From a virus (lineage: Duplodnaviria; Heunggongvirae; Uroviricota; Caudoviricetes), in the IMG/VR virus record IMGVR_UViG_3300044796_000394: a stretch of 64,000 nt of DNA; one strand, given 5' to 3'. The notes beneath the pieces were generated by a model. The model was given only the letters and a program-made list of their open reading frames with translations, did no database searches and was not told the DNA's origin. The translations under genes and the position numbers were made by a program. This document shows, in pieces, positions 29,512 through 38,371 of this stretch. The first letter of the stretch is position 1. Every line of letters starts with the position of its first letter.

Positions 29512-29978
29512 GTCTTTTTATCAATCACCCACGCTAAAGGATAATTGCCATGAACCTGTAAATATTCTTTTTCGAAAACCTTTTTCTCAAACCATTGTTT
29601 GGCAACCATACCCGATCCTAAGTCATCGTGGGCATTCACAACTTGGAACGAAAAAAGACTTTGCTTAACTACTAACATCAAGTGAATTTGTGGTTTCCCA
29701 TCGTAATACCACTTGGAAGAAATTGCGACTATCGATCCCTTTTCCAAAGCTTTCTCAATGTCGGCAAGCTCCATTTGGCCGAACATATCAAATTTGGCAT
29801 CAAGGGTTTTCAACGTCCGAACAAACTCTTTAGGCGAAATGCCGTCTTTATCGCATTTCATTTGCTCGACAAATAATTTATATTGCTTTTCATACGTCCA
29901 AGGTAATCCCAACCATTTCCCAATATTAATAATTGCTATGGGGGCGCAAGAAAAAGAATTGCGTTGTTTAACGTACAT
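29508..29978 (-). CDS. Papain-like cysteine peptidase (C39-like)
   Basis: KQRNSFSCAPIAI (Q...C), HLMLV and VVNA catalytic pattern. Confidence 0.7.
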   Translation of the reverse strand: MYVKQRNSFSCAPIAIINIGKWLGLPWTYEKQYKLFVEQMKCDKDGISPKEFVRTLKTLDAKFDMFGQMELADIEKALEKGSIVAISSKWYYDGKPQIHLMLVVKQSLFSFQVVNAHDDLGSGMVAKQWFEKKVFEKEYLQVHGNYPLAWVIDKKT

Positions 29979-29993
29979 CTTAAATCTTCCATG

Positions 29994-30353
29994 TTACTTT
30001 GGAAACTTCTTTTCTGAATATTTGCGAACCACTTCAATCATTTGGTCATTTTGTTTTCGAGTTGACAAATTCTTCCATTCATCGCCTATTAACTTTATAT
30101 GAGCAGCAACAGCACTATGTATACCGTCCATCACCCCTCCAATAGCTTTCCCCGATTCCACAGTTGTAATTAATTCTGCTTCGCCGCCATCATTGGAACA
30201 AACTTGTTTTAAGGCTTGTTCTTCAGTCATACCACGCTCTTTGAGCTGTAAGTATCTTGGGAATGAAGTAGACCACAACTCACCACGAAAATGTCCACGA
30301 CTTTCCGTAAAAGGTTTAGTAGTTTTGGTCTGAAGAATGATGTAATAAGGCAT
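29994..30353 (-). CDS. Hypothetical protein
   Basis: 119-aa ORF in the tightly packed - strand block. Confidence 0.6.
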   Translation of the reverse strand: MPYYIILQTKTTKPFTESRGHFRGELWSTSFPRYLQLKERGMTEEQALKQVCSNDGGEAELITTVESGKAIGGVMDGIHSAVAAHIKLIGDEWKNLSTRKQNDQMIEVVRKYSEKKFPK

Positions 30354-30355
30354 GA

Positions 30356-30697
30356 TTAATGAGTCCTCCTGAAACCCATCATTTTGTCAAGTAATTCAGT
30401 CAGATTGGCACCCGTCATGAAAGTTGCTTTGCCAATCTTCCAATAAGTCCACAACTTTCTACCCTTATAAAATCTCATGTTTTCATTGAAGGTTAATCTT
30501 AAACGCATTATTTTGGTTTCATGTTTGGTCAATGTACCATAACAAATCATGGCACCTTCCAAATTGCCACCGGCACCCATTTCACACGATTTACTACATT
30601 GGTGAATGGGCATTCCAGCAAGAGTTTCATAATGATGAGGCACCATGAACAAATCTATAGGATGCCCATTACAACAAGTTTCTGGCCATGTATCCAT
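30356..30697 (-). CDS. Hypothetical protein
   Basis: 113-aa ORF with an AAGGA Shine-Dalgarno. Confidence 0.6.
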   Translation of the reverse strand: MDTWPETCCNGHPIDLFMVPHHYETLAGMPIHQCSKSCEMGAGGNLEGAMICYGTLTKHETKIMRLRLTFNENMRFYKGRKLWTYWKIGKATFMTGANLTELLDKMMGFRRTH

Positions 30698-30709
30698 TGA
30701 AAGTATCCT

Positions 30710-31270
30710 TTAAGTCTGGGCACAAAACAATAACTTGCCGTCTTTAATAACGGTTACGGATGCATTGCCAATGATCTTATCCGTCTTTGTTGACATCTTT
30801 GCCACAAGATCCAGAATGGGCGATAGGTGAGTAACAACGATTGAATATTTGGGCAATTCTTTGATGAAGCTACCCATGTCTTCGTAGTACTGCTTCATCG
30901 TTCTCGCATCTTGCGAAACGCCACTCTTGGGGAATGATCGCCAATCGTAATCGGGAAACTCTTTGTGCCTTGAAATCACATCCGTTAACTTCAATCTCTT
31001 GTACGCCGCATCAGGCGTTTCCGCAATCCGATGATCTACCGTGAAGTTAATGCCGATCTTATGAAGGGGCATAGCAGTGTGCAGTGTACGCAAGAATGGA
31101 CTGACAAACCCCCGAAAGGGTAAATCTTGCCATTGGTCACCCAAAAGGGATTTTAAACTTAACGTAATGCCTGCAAGCTGCTCTTGTCCTTTTTTGGAAA
31201 TATCACAATCGTGAAAATCCGTCTCATGTGCATTTAACAAAGAATGAACATGTCTAATAAGAACCAGCAT
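30710..31270 (-). CDS. Histidine phosphatase (phosphoglycerate mutase family)
   Basis: Start refined to MLVLIRH after a GGAGG Shine-Dalgarno; LIRH, SPFLRT..TA, RIAE and VVTH motifs. Confidence 0.85.
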   Translation of the reverse strand: MLVLIRHVHSLLNAHETDFHDCDISKKGQEQLAGITLSLKSLLGDQWQDLPFRGFVSPFLRTLHTAMPLHKIGINFTVDHRIAETPDAAYKRLKLTDVISRHKEFPDYDWRSFPKSGVSQDARTMKQYYEDMGSFIKELPKYSIVVTHLSPILDLVAKMSTKTDKIIGNASVTVIKDGKLLFCAQT

Positions 31271-31454
31271 CACTTTCCTCCTTGAGGATTTCACAGGTAA
31301 TTTTGGATTTTGACCGTCGCAACGTTGGGGGAAGTATATCACGAAAAACAAAATCTAGTTCTTCGGTAGTAAGCTGTCTGCTACCATCTATTCCCCTAGC
31401 CGTTGCACGGTCAGGTCTTCCGTTTGTCATCGCAAATTGAATTTTGATTGACAT
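31254..31454 (-). CDS. Small hypothetical protein
   Basis: 66-aa ORF filling the gap after aspS. Confidence 0.5.
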   Translation of the reverse strand: MSIKIQFAMTNGRPDRATARGIDGSRQLTTEELDFVFRDILPPTLRRSKSKITCEILKEESDAGSY

Positions 31455-31456
31455 AA

Positions 31457-32938
31457 TTAAATCTCCGACGGCGCATCCATCACGGAAGTTTTACCGCTGC
31501 CCGTCATCGGGAACGGAATGACTTCTTTCATAGAAGTTTCGCCGCATACCAACATCGCCAACCTGTCTATTCCCAAAGCGATACCACCGTGCGGAGGCGT
31601 TCCCAAATCGAACGCTTCCAACATATGCCCAACACTCGCATTGATTTGAGCGTCGGAATATCCCATCACACGATAAGTAGCAGTTAACAATTCCCTACTG
31701 TGAGAACGAATGCTACCGCTACCGATTTCCATACCGTTACAAACCAAGTCGTACTGGTATGCTTGGATTTCGGCAATGTTTTCGCCTTTTTTGTGCCATT
31801 CGACATGTTCATCGATTGGCCGACTGAACGGGTTGTGCATGAACGTCCAGCCAGACTTACTATCTAGCTTGTCAATTTCTTCTTTGGCTTGCTTGAACAT
31901 CGGGAAGTTAACAATCCAACAGAAAGCCAAATCCCCGTTCGCCTTTTCCTTCTCGGTACGAATATCGGGTTTATCCGTGCCGTACTTGTCCATCGCCTCT
32001 TTATAGGTGATGATGGGGAAAAGTTGCGATTTGAAATTGGCCTGTTCCCGTGGCTTGCCGAACCTTTCGCCGAAGTCCCTTTCCATACTCATCGTGTACG
32101 GCCATTTTCGTCCACCCAAGGCTTCACGGGGCAACAAACACCGTTCTTCACGACACCCTGCCATACTGTTGAACAAAGCACCTTCAACGACATCAAAAAT
32201 CTCTTCCTGTTTAACGAAAGACATTTCCAAGTCTAATTGAGTGAACTCAAACCCACGGTCAGCACGTAACGCCTCATCACGGAAACATCGGGCAATTTGG
32301 TAATAGCCCTTGAACCCCGCTGTCATCAACAATTGTTTGTACTGTTGTGGACTTTGCGGCAGAGCGTAAAACTTGCCCGGTTGTAGGCGTGAAGGTACAA
32401 CAAAGTCACGAGCGCCTTCTTTGGTGGACTGCGTGAGGATTGGAGTCTCAATTTCCGTTAAGTCGCAAGACTCCAACGAAGCCCGCAAATCACGAATGAT
32501 CTTGGCACGTGTTTTAATGTTGGCTTGCATCCGTGGGCGGCGCAAGTCCAAGTACCTATAACGCAAACGAACATCTTCCGCAATGTCACGACCATCGCCA
32601 TCAATAGGCAACGGCAAATCCTTACACTTGTTAAGAATTGTCAATTTCTCAACGAACAACTCAACGGTACCAGTGGGAAGATTGGGGTTAACCATCTTCT
32701 CTGGACGTTTGACGACCTTGCCGACAAGCGATACAACGTCTTCACGGTTCAATTCCTCAAAGCCTTTACCGAGAAAGGCTTGAAGAATGTTTCCTTCATT
32801 GTCACGAATGTCAATGAAAGTAAACTTGCCGTGACTACGTTTGGCATTTACCCACCCCTTAACTTCCCATAAGTTCCCACATTCCCACAAAGCGGGATAG
32901 GGGTTCGTGAGTTTAGAGATGGCTAGTGGAAGTATCAT
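31457..32938 (-). CDS. aspS: Aspartyl-tRNA synthetase (bacterial type, GAD domain missing)
   Basis: OB fold (GWV...RSHGK..FIDIRD), RLRYRYLDLRR, ETPIL, ALPQSPQ, motif 2 ARCFRDE, YDLVCNG.EIGSGSIR, motif 3 PPHGGIALGIDR. Confidence 0.95.
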   Translation of the reverse strand: MILPLAISKLTNPYPALWECGNLWEVKGWVNAKRSHGKFTFIDIRDNEGNILQAFLGKGFEELNREDVVSLVGKVVKRPEKMVNPNLPTGTVELFVEKLTILNKCKDLPLPIDGDGRDIAEDVRLRYRYLDLRRPRMQANIKTRAKIIRDLRASLESCDLTEIETPILTQSTKEGARDFVVPSRLQPGKFYALPQSPQQYKQLLMTAGFKGYYQIARCFRDEALRADRGFEFTQLDLEMSFVKQEEIFDVVEGALFNSMAGCREERCLLPREALGGRKWPYTMSMERDFGERFGKPREQANFKSQLFPIITYKEAMDKYGTDKPDIRTEKEKANGDLAFCWIVNFPMFKQAKEEIDKLDSKSGWTFMHNPFSRPIDEHVEWHKKGENIAEIQAYQYDLVCNGMEIGSGSIRSHSRELLTATYRVMGYSDAQINASVGHMLEAFDLGTPPHGGIALGIDRLAMLVCGETSMKEVIPFPMTGSGKTSVMDAPSEI

Positions 32939-32939
32939 A

Positions 32940-33182
32940 TTAATCTGCGTTGAGGGCATCTAAACATTCCATGTGACTGTTAAATTTTTTCTTGTCGTGC
33001 TTTTTTGCCTTAGCAAGCAAAGCGGTTGCTTCAGTATCTGCTGAACCCCACGGAGTTTGTGCGGTAAATACGTTATTCATATCAATCATACCCAAAACTT
33101 GGGCATTTTTACCAGCATGAACCTGCATATAAGCAGTTGCATCATAACCTTGCCATCGACCGAAAGTGAAATCGTTAGCCAT
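32940..33182 (-). CDS. Hypothetical protein
   Basis: Start refined to MANDFTFG, coupled to the upstream gene. Confidence 0.5.
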   Translation of the reverse strand: MANDFTFGRWQGYDATAYMQVHAGKNAQVLGMIDMNNVFTAQTPWGSADTEATALLAKAKKHDKKKFNSHMECLDALNAD

Positions 33183-33402
33183 GTGATTTACGTGCCTCCT
33201 CTTCGCTAGGGAACAAGCGACATTTCCAATCACTTAATTCCACGGGATCAAAAGTGTTACATGGGAAGTCGTTGTAATACCGCATTACAGCATCCCGAAA
33301 ATCCATTCCAAAGGCTTCGCCGACGAGTTGCGCTTTAACAGTGTCGCCACCATACTGAAAGCCTTCCATCCAGATTTGGTAATTCTTGACTGTGTTTGCC
33401 AT
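33175..33402 (-). CDS. Hypothetical protein
   Basis: YQIW.EG......A.L.G...G..F.DA...W.CRLF..E.EARKS.G resembles a recurrent small phage protein. Confidence 0.65.
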   Translation of the reverse strand: MANTVKNYQIWMEGFQYGGDTVKAQLVGEAFGMDFRDAVMRYYNDFPCNTFDPVELSDWKCRLFPSEEEARKSHG

Positions 33403-33445
33403 ATCTCACCAAATCAGTAAATAAACGTGAGAGAGCATCATACTC

Positions 33446-34021
33446 TTATTTGATGTTAGTGTCTAGCTTAACCGTAGACTGCATAAGCGATTTGACATTA
33501 TCTTTACAGAACCCGAAACCCTGACGTTCAATGAATTCGTAAATGACACCAGTTAACAAACTCGGCTTAGTAAAGATTTGAGTCAAACCCTCACACGTAA
33601 AAGCCTTGTCACTGGTGAACTCGGCAAAACCTTTTTCCAGCCATTCCTTTTTCTTATCTTCAACATTCGGCACTTCATAAGCCAAATGGTGAATGCCGCC
33701 GATATTACCACGGGCCTTGACCCAATTACCAACAATACTACCTTCCGTACCTTCACTCACGAAGATTTCAGGTGCCATATGGTAAGTCAAACCTGTTGGG
33801 CCATTCGCATCCCAAACCATACTAAACGGGGGATCGTAATCCTTGTACTTGATTTCGTTTTTCTCTGGTGGTTCCAAGGCGATACACCTAGCTACATCTG
33901 TTTTTTCATCATTGAAAAAGATGTCAAATTCAGACTGAAAGGTGTATCCGAACGCATCCATGAAAAACTTAACCGTCTTATCCCTATTGGCGGTACGATA
34001 TGCAATGTGGTCTAGTCTCAT
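33446..34021 (-). CDS. VOC/glyoxalase-family metalloenzyme (HPPD C-domain-like)
   Basis: RLDHIAYR, GIHHLAYEV, LTQIFTKP, EFIER...GF...NV..L metal-binding pattern. Confidence 0.8.
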   Translation of the reverse strand: MRLDHIAYRTANRDKTVKFFMDAFGYTFQSEFDIFFNDEKTDVARCIALEPPEKNEIKYKDYDPPFSMVWDANGPTGLTYHMAPEIFVSEGTEGSIVGNWVKARGNIGGIHHLAYEVPNVEDKKKEWLEKGFAEFTSDKAFTCEGLTQIFTKPSLLTGVIYEFIERQGFGFCKDNVKSLMQSTVKLDTNIK

Positions 34022-34022
34022 G

Positions 34023-34172
34023 TTATATTTTTCCTACTACACTAATAATCAAGCTGACAAACGAATAGCCCAAAGTAAACGAGGCTATCGTTGTCGTCAA
34101 AACATCTTTACTTTTCATCAAAATGGCAATTGATCCACAAAACAAAAATGCCCAAAAAGCTAAAAGGAACAT
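34023..34172 (-). CDS. Small membrane protein (49 aa, two hydrophobic helices)
   Basis: MFLLAFWAFLFCGSIAILMKSKDVLTTTIASFTLGYSFVSLIISVVGKI; start overlaps the upstream stop. Confidence 0.6.
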   Translation of the reverse strand: MFLLAFWAFLFCGSIAILMKSKDVLTTTIASFTLGYSFVSLIISVVGKI

Positions 34173-34492
34173 TAACGTCTCCAATTTTGTGATACAGCGG
34201 GTTCCCCAACATAAGAATTAAACCATTCAATATCGTTAGGTTTGAAATATGTTCCATCCGTAGCATAAATCCTTAATTCACTGAACATTTGGGTGACGAT
34301 TTTTTCACCCTGATTCACCGGCTCATTAGATTGGGAATCTGCCTGAACGATAACAGGCGGTGGCATTTCTTGAATAACTATATTAGGCGGTTGATGGACA
34401 ACCGCAACACTTATATTTCCTCTGACGGCATGGCAAAGACCGATACCGCCAATGAGGCCGACCAACAAAATCAACACATATCTCATAGGCAA
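34172..34492 (-). CDS. Hypothetical membrane-anchored protein
   Basis: N-terminal hydrophobic helix. Confidence 0.6.
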   Translation of the reverse strand: MPMRYVLILLVGLIGGIGLCHAVRGNISVAVVHQPPNIVIQEMPPPVIVQADSQSNEPVNQGEKIVTQMFSELRIYATDGTYFKPNDIEWFNSYVGEPAVSQNWRR

Positions 34493-34499
34493 ACCCTGA

Positions 34500-35777
34500 T
34501 TATGTCAACTTGAATCCAGGCGCAAAGCATCGCAAAATTTGAATAATTGAATCGGCAGATGCAGTGTCCAAAGTAACACCTTTATTCTTGTTGTAGAATT
34601 CCATTAATCCACTCACAACCTTGTTCAACTTGAAGTTCGTTACGTTATGATCGATCTCTTTTTCCAGTTCTGGGATATTAACAGGCGGCGGTAATTTCAA
34701 ATCACTTTCCGCTTTACCCAACCAAACTTTCATGCGATTCAAAAATCGTTTCAATCCAACGATCTTGTCATCAGACCAATCCCCGCCATCAAAATAGTGT
34801 CCCAAAAACATTAAGTACATCCGGAGTTCATCCGAGTCGTAATTTTCAGGATTGACGGCATTACCTTTGGACTTGCCCATCTTGGCACCGTTACAAGTAA
34901 TCATCCCCTGATGGATTACCTTGCGGAACGGTTCCTCTTCCGGTACAATGCCCAAATCGTATAAAAACATATGAATGAAGCGAGCATAGATCAAATGCAT
35001 ACAAGCATGTTCAGCCCCGCCAACATACAAATCCACTGGACGATACGAACCCTTCGGCAAGAATTCATCCTTGCTATCAGTCAAGTACCGCAAGAAGTAA
35101 AAAGAACTATCAACGAAAGTATCTAACGTATCAGTTTCACCCTCTATCGGAATAGGACAACCCCACTTCCTTTGGCGAGATACGCACCAATCCCTCAAAT
35201 TAGCTAACCAAGCACGCTGCTGCTTAATAGTACCCTCTGGATAATCAATCTTATCCAAATTGGCAATCAAACGATCCTTATAATCAGTAATCTTGAAGTA
35301 CCATTGGTTCATGGTATTTTCAGAAACCTTGCTATCACAGCGGTCGCACTTTTCATCCTTAACTTGTTCGTTGGCCAATACGGTTTCACAAGAGGGGCAC
35401 CAATTGACAACACCGTTAGCCTTATATGCCAAACCCTTCTCGTACAACTTCATGAACAGCCACTTAGTCCACTTCTCATAATTTGCGTTACAAGTGATGA
35501 ACTTTTCTTCGTACTGAGTATTCATTCGCTCCATCTGATGACGGAAGCGTTCAATATTCAAGAAAGTTACGTCGGCAGGATCACCGCCGATTTGCCGTGC
35601 GTAGTTTTCAGCAGGCAAACCGTAGGCGTCATAACCGAAAGGTTGGTTAACTTCAATACCTTTGTACCTTAACCAACGACAATAACTATCTACGAGAGCG
35701 TAGTTGTAGTAATGCCCTAAGTGCAAACCGGCACCACTAGGATAGGGGAACATAACAACAACATTTTGATTATTCAT
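34500..35777 (-). CDS. leuS: Minimal leucyl-tRNA synthetase (425 aa)
   Basis: MFPYPSG.GLHLGH (HIGH), GYDAYGLPAEN, WCPSCETVLANEQV, LRDWCVSRQRKWG, DTLDTFVDSS, YVGGAEHA.MHL.YARF, KMGKSKGN. Confidence 0.95.
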   Translation of the reverse strand: MNNQNVVVMFPYPSGAGLHLGHYYNYALVDSYCRWLRYKGIEVNQPFGYDAYGLPAENYARQIGGDPADVTFLNIERFRHQMERMNTQYEEKFITCNANYEKWTKWLFMKLYEKGLAYKANGVVNWCPSCETVLANEQVKDEKCDRCDSKVSENTMNQWYFKITDYKDRLIANLDKIDYPEGTIKQQRAWLANLRDWCVSRQRKWGCPIPIEGETDTLDTFVDSSFYFLRYLTDSKDEFLPKGSYRPVDLYVGGAEHACMHLIYARFIHMFLYDLGIVPEEEPFRKVIHQGMITCNGAKMGKSKGNAVNPENYDSDELRMYLMFLGHYFDGGDWSDDKIVGLKRFLNRMKVWLGKAESDLKLPPPVNIPELEKEIDHNVTNFKLNKVVSGLMEFYNKNKGVTLDTASADSIIQILRCFAPGFKLT

Positions 35778-35791
35778 TTTACTTTCAAAGG

Positions 35792-36532
35792 TTAAAGATC
35801 ATTTGGAATTTGGGAAACTCTTGTCGTTCCTAAACGGGTACTCAATGGTACGCCTTCACGCCGACCCAAAAGAACATCCATTGGAAGACTATAGTGAGGC
35901 GAGCCTGTTTCGGCAGCAGGTTGCTCACCACTGATAACGGCACCACCGGACATATAGCTTGTACCACGTACACTGGTTGGTCTATTATTTCTATGCAGTT
36001 GTCTACTTACACTCAAAGCTGGTGGAAGTCCATCGCCTCTTGAACTATTAGGATCGTGCGATGGAGCAGGAATTGTTGGAATAGAAACCGAGTTCTGCCG
36101 TTGGCCACTCAAGTACCCAGAATGATTAGCAGCAGGTGAGTCATCTTCTTCTACATCACAATGAACTTCATCAGCCTCTAATGCTCGCAACTCACGCAGG
36201 AATTCACCATCTAATTCCTGTTGTAATTCGTGCCGCAATGGTACATTCCGCCTACTTAATGTTTTATTTGCTCGTCCGGGGCGAGCACTTTTCTTTGCTG
36301 AAGACTCAGGAGTATCTAACAACTCCATAATATCTTGAACGTACTGGTCAGCACTTTCAGATGTTTCCTCTTGTGCTATCTTGATACTCATCCCACCGGC
36401 ATATACTACCACATCCCAAGTCTCATTGCTATCCTTTTTGACGACATATTTAGAAACGCCCACGATCAGCGACGGGTTAAGATAAATAACATCGTGGTTA
36501 TTCGGATTGATTTGAAGAAAGGCTGACATCAT
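35792..36532 (-). CDS. Hypothetical protein with disordered C-terminus
   Basis: Start refined to MMSAFLQINP; Ser/Pro/Arg-rich tail. Confidence 0.6.
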   Translation of the reverse strand: MMSAFLQINPNNHDVIYLNPSLIVGVSKYVVKKDSNETWDVVVYAGGMSIKIAQEETSESADQYVQDIMELLDTPESSAKKSARPGRANKTLSRRNVPLRHELQQELDGEFLRELRALEADEVHCDVEEDDSPAANHSGYLSGQRQNSVSIPTIPAPSHDPNSSRGDGLPPALSVSRQLHRNNRPTSVRGTSYMSGGAVISGEQPAAETGSPHYSLPMDVLLGRREGVPLSTRLGTTRVSQIPNDL

Positions 36533-37331
36533 TTTCTCTTGGCTTAAAGTAACATAACCATTCGGCATTCGGTTTGGATCTATTTCCAGAAATTCCACCT
36601 TTGAGTCTACCAGCCGACAATTCATAGCACTCAGTACCAGCTAAACACTTACCCTCGGAAACATAACATGGAACACGCAACGAATTGGCGAATTTTAACA
36701 AATTAAGTTTGTGACCGTAAAAAGTCGTGTTTTGATAAGGCGGATCAATGTAAATCGTACCTTCGCTCGGTGAAATGTCCCATACGTCACCATGATACCC
36801 CGTAATATCCCTCATCTTGTCACAAACAAGGGCTACCCGCTCGTACAACGTGCTAGGCATCGGCATCATTGGATTAACAGGCGATCTGCGATTAGAAGTG
36901 GCAGTTGGTTCCCAATAATTGCGGAAACTACAATTCTTCCATTTGTTATCTTCAATCCAAATCGCTTTACTACCGAAACTGGACGCCTGTAGTATAAGGA
37001 AAATATAAATAGTATCAATATCAGCCGGTAGTTTAGATAATTCTTTGACGTGCGCTTGAATTTGACTCTTTTCAGGTATCGCTGAACAATACGACTTGAA
37101 CTTATCCAAATCGAATTCGTTCATTCCAACCTTTTCCCAGAACAAACCCCACGGCCCCTGATCTACCATTAATATATCACGTGGATTGTAACCACGATTG
37201 ACAAGCTCAATAGACATAGCACCACTACCACAACATAAGTCGTAAAAAGACCCTGCTGGTTTGATGATGTCTAGGATTTTAGAAGCGAGACGTTGTTTAC
37301 CGCCCTGATAGGACGTTACGGGTGTTAACAT
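36498..37331 (-). CDS. DNA adenine methyltransferase (D12 class)
   Basis: SYQGGKQRLA, FYDLCCGSG and IYIDPPY motifs. Confidence 0.9.
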   Translation of the reverse strand: MLTPVTSYQGGKQRLASKILDIIKPAGSFYDLCCGSGAMSIELVNRGYNPRDILMVDQGPWGLFWEKVGMNEFDLDKFKSYCSAIPEKSQIQAHVKELSKLPADIDTIYIFLILQASSFGSKAIWIEDNKWKNCSFRNYWEPTATSNRRSPVNPMMPMPSTLYERVALVCDKMRDITGYHGDVWDISPSEGTIYIDPPYQNTTFYGHKLNLLKFANSLRVPCYVSEGKCLAGTECYELSAGRLKGGISGNRSKPNAEWLCYFKPRENDVSLSSNQSE

Positions 37332-37682
37332 TCAATATATACAAACACCATTATTTTCCGGAAGTTCTCGTTCTGCTTTACACCAAAATTCTAAATCTAA
37401 TCCGCTTGGACAACCCGCATCCGTCCATAGTTTGGAAGCTAATTTTCGAATCAGCCGATGCCTTGGGCCGGGCAAACGAGTATCTTGTTCAGGATTATAC
37501 CTAGCACATACAACATCATCTTGATCTATAACCCTCATATCCCAAATACAACGAGCCATATTAACATTACGATTGAATGATTTCATCGCCTGTTCTAATT
37601 CATCAAACTCTTGGTGACCAGCACGATCCGAAGAAATGGTTTTCCACTCTTGACCATGATTACTTTGAACTAGATACTTCAT
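37332..37682 (-). CDS. Protein with C-terminal DUF2934-like domain
   Basis: IRKLA.KLW...GCP.G.DLEFW.KAEREL motif. Confidence 0.7.
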   Translation of the reverse strand: MKYLVQSNHGQEWKTISSDRAGHQEFDELEQAMKSFNRNVNMARCIWDMRVIDQDDVVCARYNPEQDTRLPGPRHRLIRKLASKLWTDAGCPSGLDLEFWCKAERELPENNGVCIY

Positions 37683-37686
37683 ACGT

Positions 37687-37876
37687 TTACTTCTTTAAAG
37701 TTGCCCACCAACACATTAGATTAGCAATCATCAAACCAAAGATGGCACCAAGAATATACAAACCAACATCATCTAGTTTCAGAATGCAAGCACCTACTGC
37801 TACTACACAACTACACAACTACACAACTGATTAACGCAATTGCCGAACCAACCCACATTGATAATGGAGGCGTCAT
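37687..37876 (-). pseudogene. Small two-helix membrane protein gene frameshifted by an 8-bp tandem triplication
   Basis: With one copy of the repeat the ORF reads MTPPLSMWVGSAIALISCVVAVGACILKLDDVGLYILGAIFGLMIANLMCWWATLKK (57 aa); three copies give TAG after codon 21. Confidence 0.65.
37802..37828. repeat. Tandem repeat (ACTACACA)x3 plus ACT
   Basis: Perfect 8-bp units at 37802, 37810 and 37818. Confidence 0.9.
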
Positions 37877-38163
37877 ACATTTTTCCTTTTAGGTTTTTTG
37901 CGTACAAGATCGTGAGTAATACCAACCCACTTACAATCACTACATTGAACCCTATTCTCATCCTTGAACGATTCAGCTTCAAGGACGTTAATTATGTAAC
38001 CCATGTAGGTGCTTGAATGTCTGTCGCAACCACACTCAGGACAATAAATGTGCTCCGTGTCATAATAAGCCTTACGATACTTCGCAGCCTTTTTTTGCTG
38101 ACTCATATACGCTTCTGGATCGATGCCAGAATCACTCAACATCTTCAAAAAGTTTTCGTCCAT
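37873..38163 (-). CDS. Small zinc-ribbon protein
   Basis: CPECG...C.DC.W.G pattern. Confidence 0.65.
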   Translation of the reverse strand: MDENFLKMLSDSGIDPEAYMSQQKKAAKYRKAYYDTEHIYCPECGCDRHSSTYMGYIINVLEAESFKDENRVQCSDCKWVGITHDLVRKKPKRKNV

Positions 38164-38371
38164 TTCTTTCCTGCCTTCTGTACGGCTTCACTACCTGCCA
38201 TCGTTTTTTTGTTTCTTTTTCGGTGATATGACCAATATGCCAAGCACAGCATCTTTCGCAAAAATATGAATGGAGATTATCATCACCTAACGAACGCTTC
38301 ATAAAAGCCAATGAACTCTTGACACGATTTTTAGAATAGTTAACTTTTTCGCACATCTTGACCTTTGTCAA
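38132..38371 (-). CDS. Small zinc-finger-like hypothetical protein
   Basis: C.KV.Y...SY.C..C.AWHIGH motif; true start probably at MCEKV. Confidence 0.55.
   Translation of the reverse strand: MTKVKMCEKVNYSKNRVKSSLAFMKRSLGDDNLHSYFCERCCAWHIGHITEKETKKRWQVVKPYRRQERNGRKLFEDVE

Noticed and set aside
34056-34096. Hairpin GACAAACGAATAGCC...GGCTATCGTTGTC as a riboswitch or T-box near leuS/aspS
   Set aside because: It lies inside a well-coupled 49-aa membrane ORF; no T-box or specifier motif is visible and the stem is imperfect.
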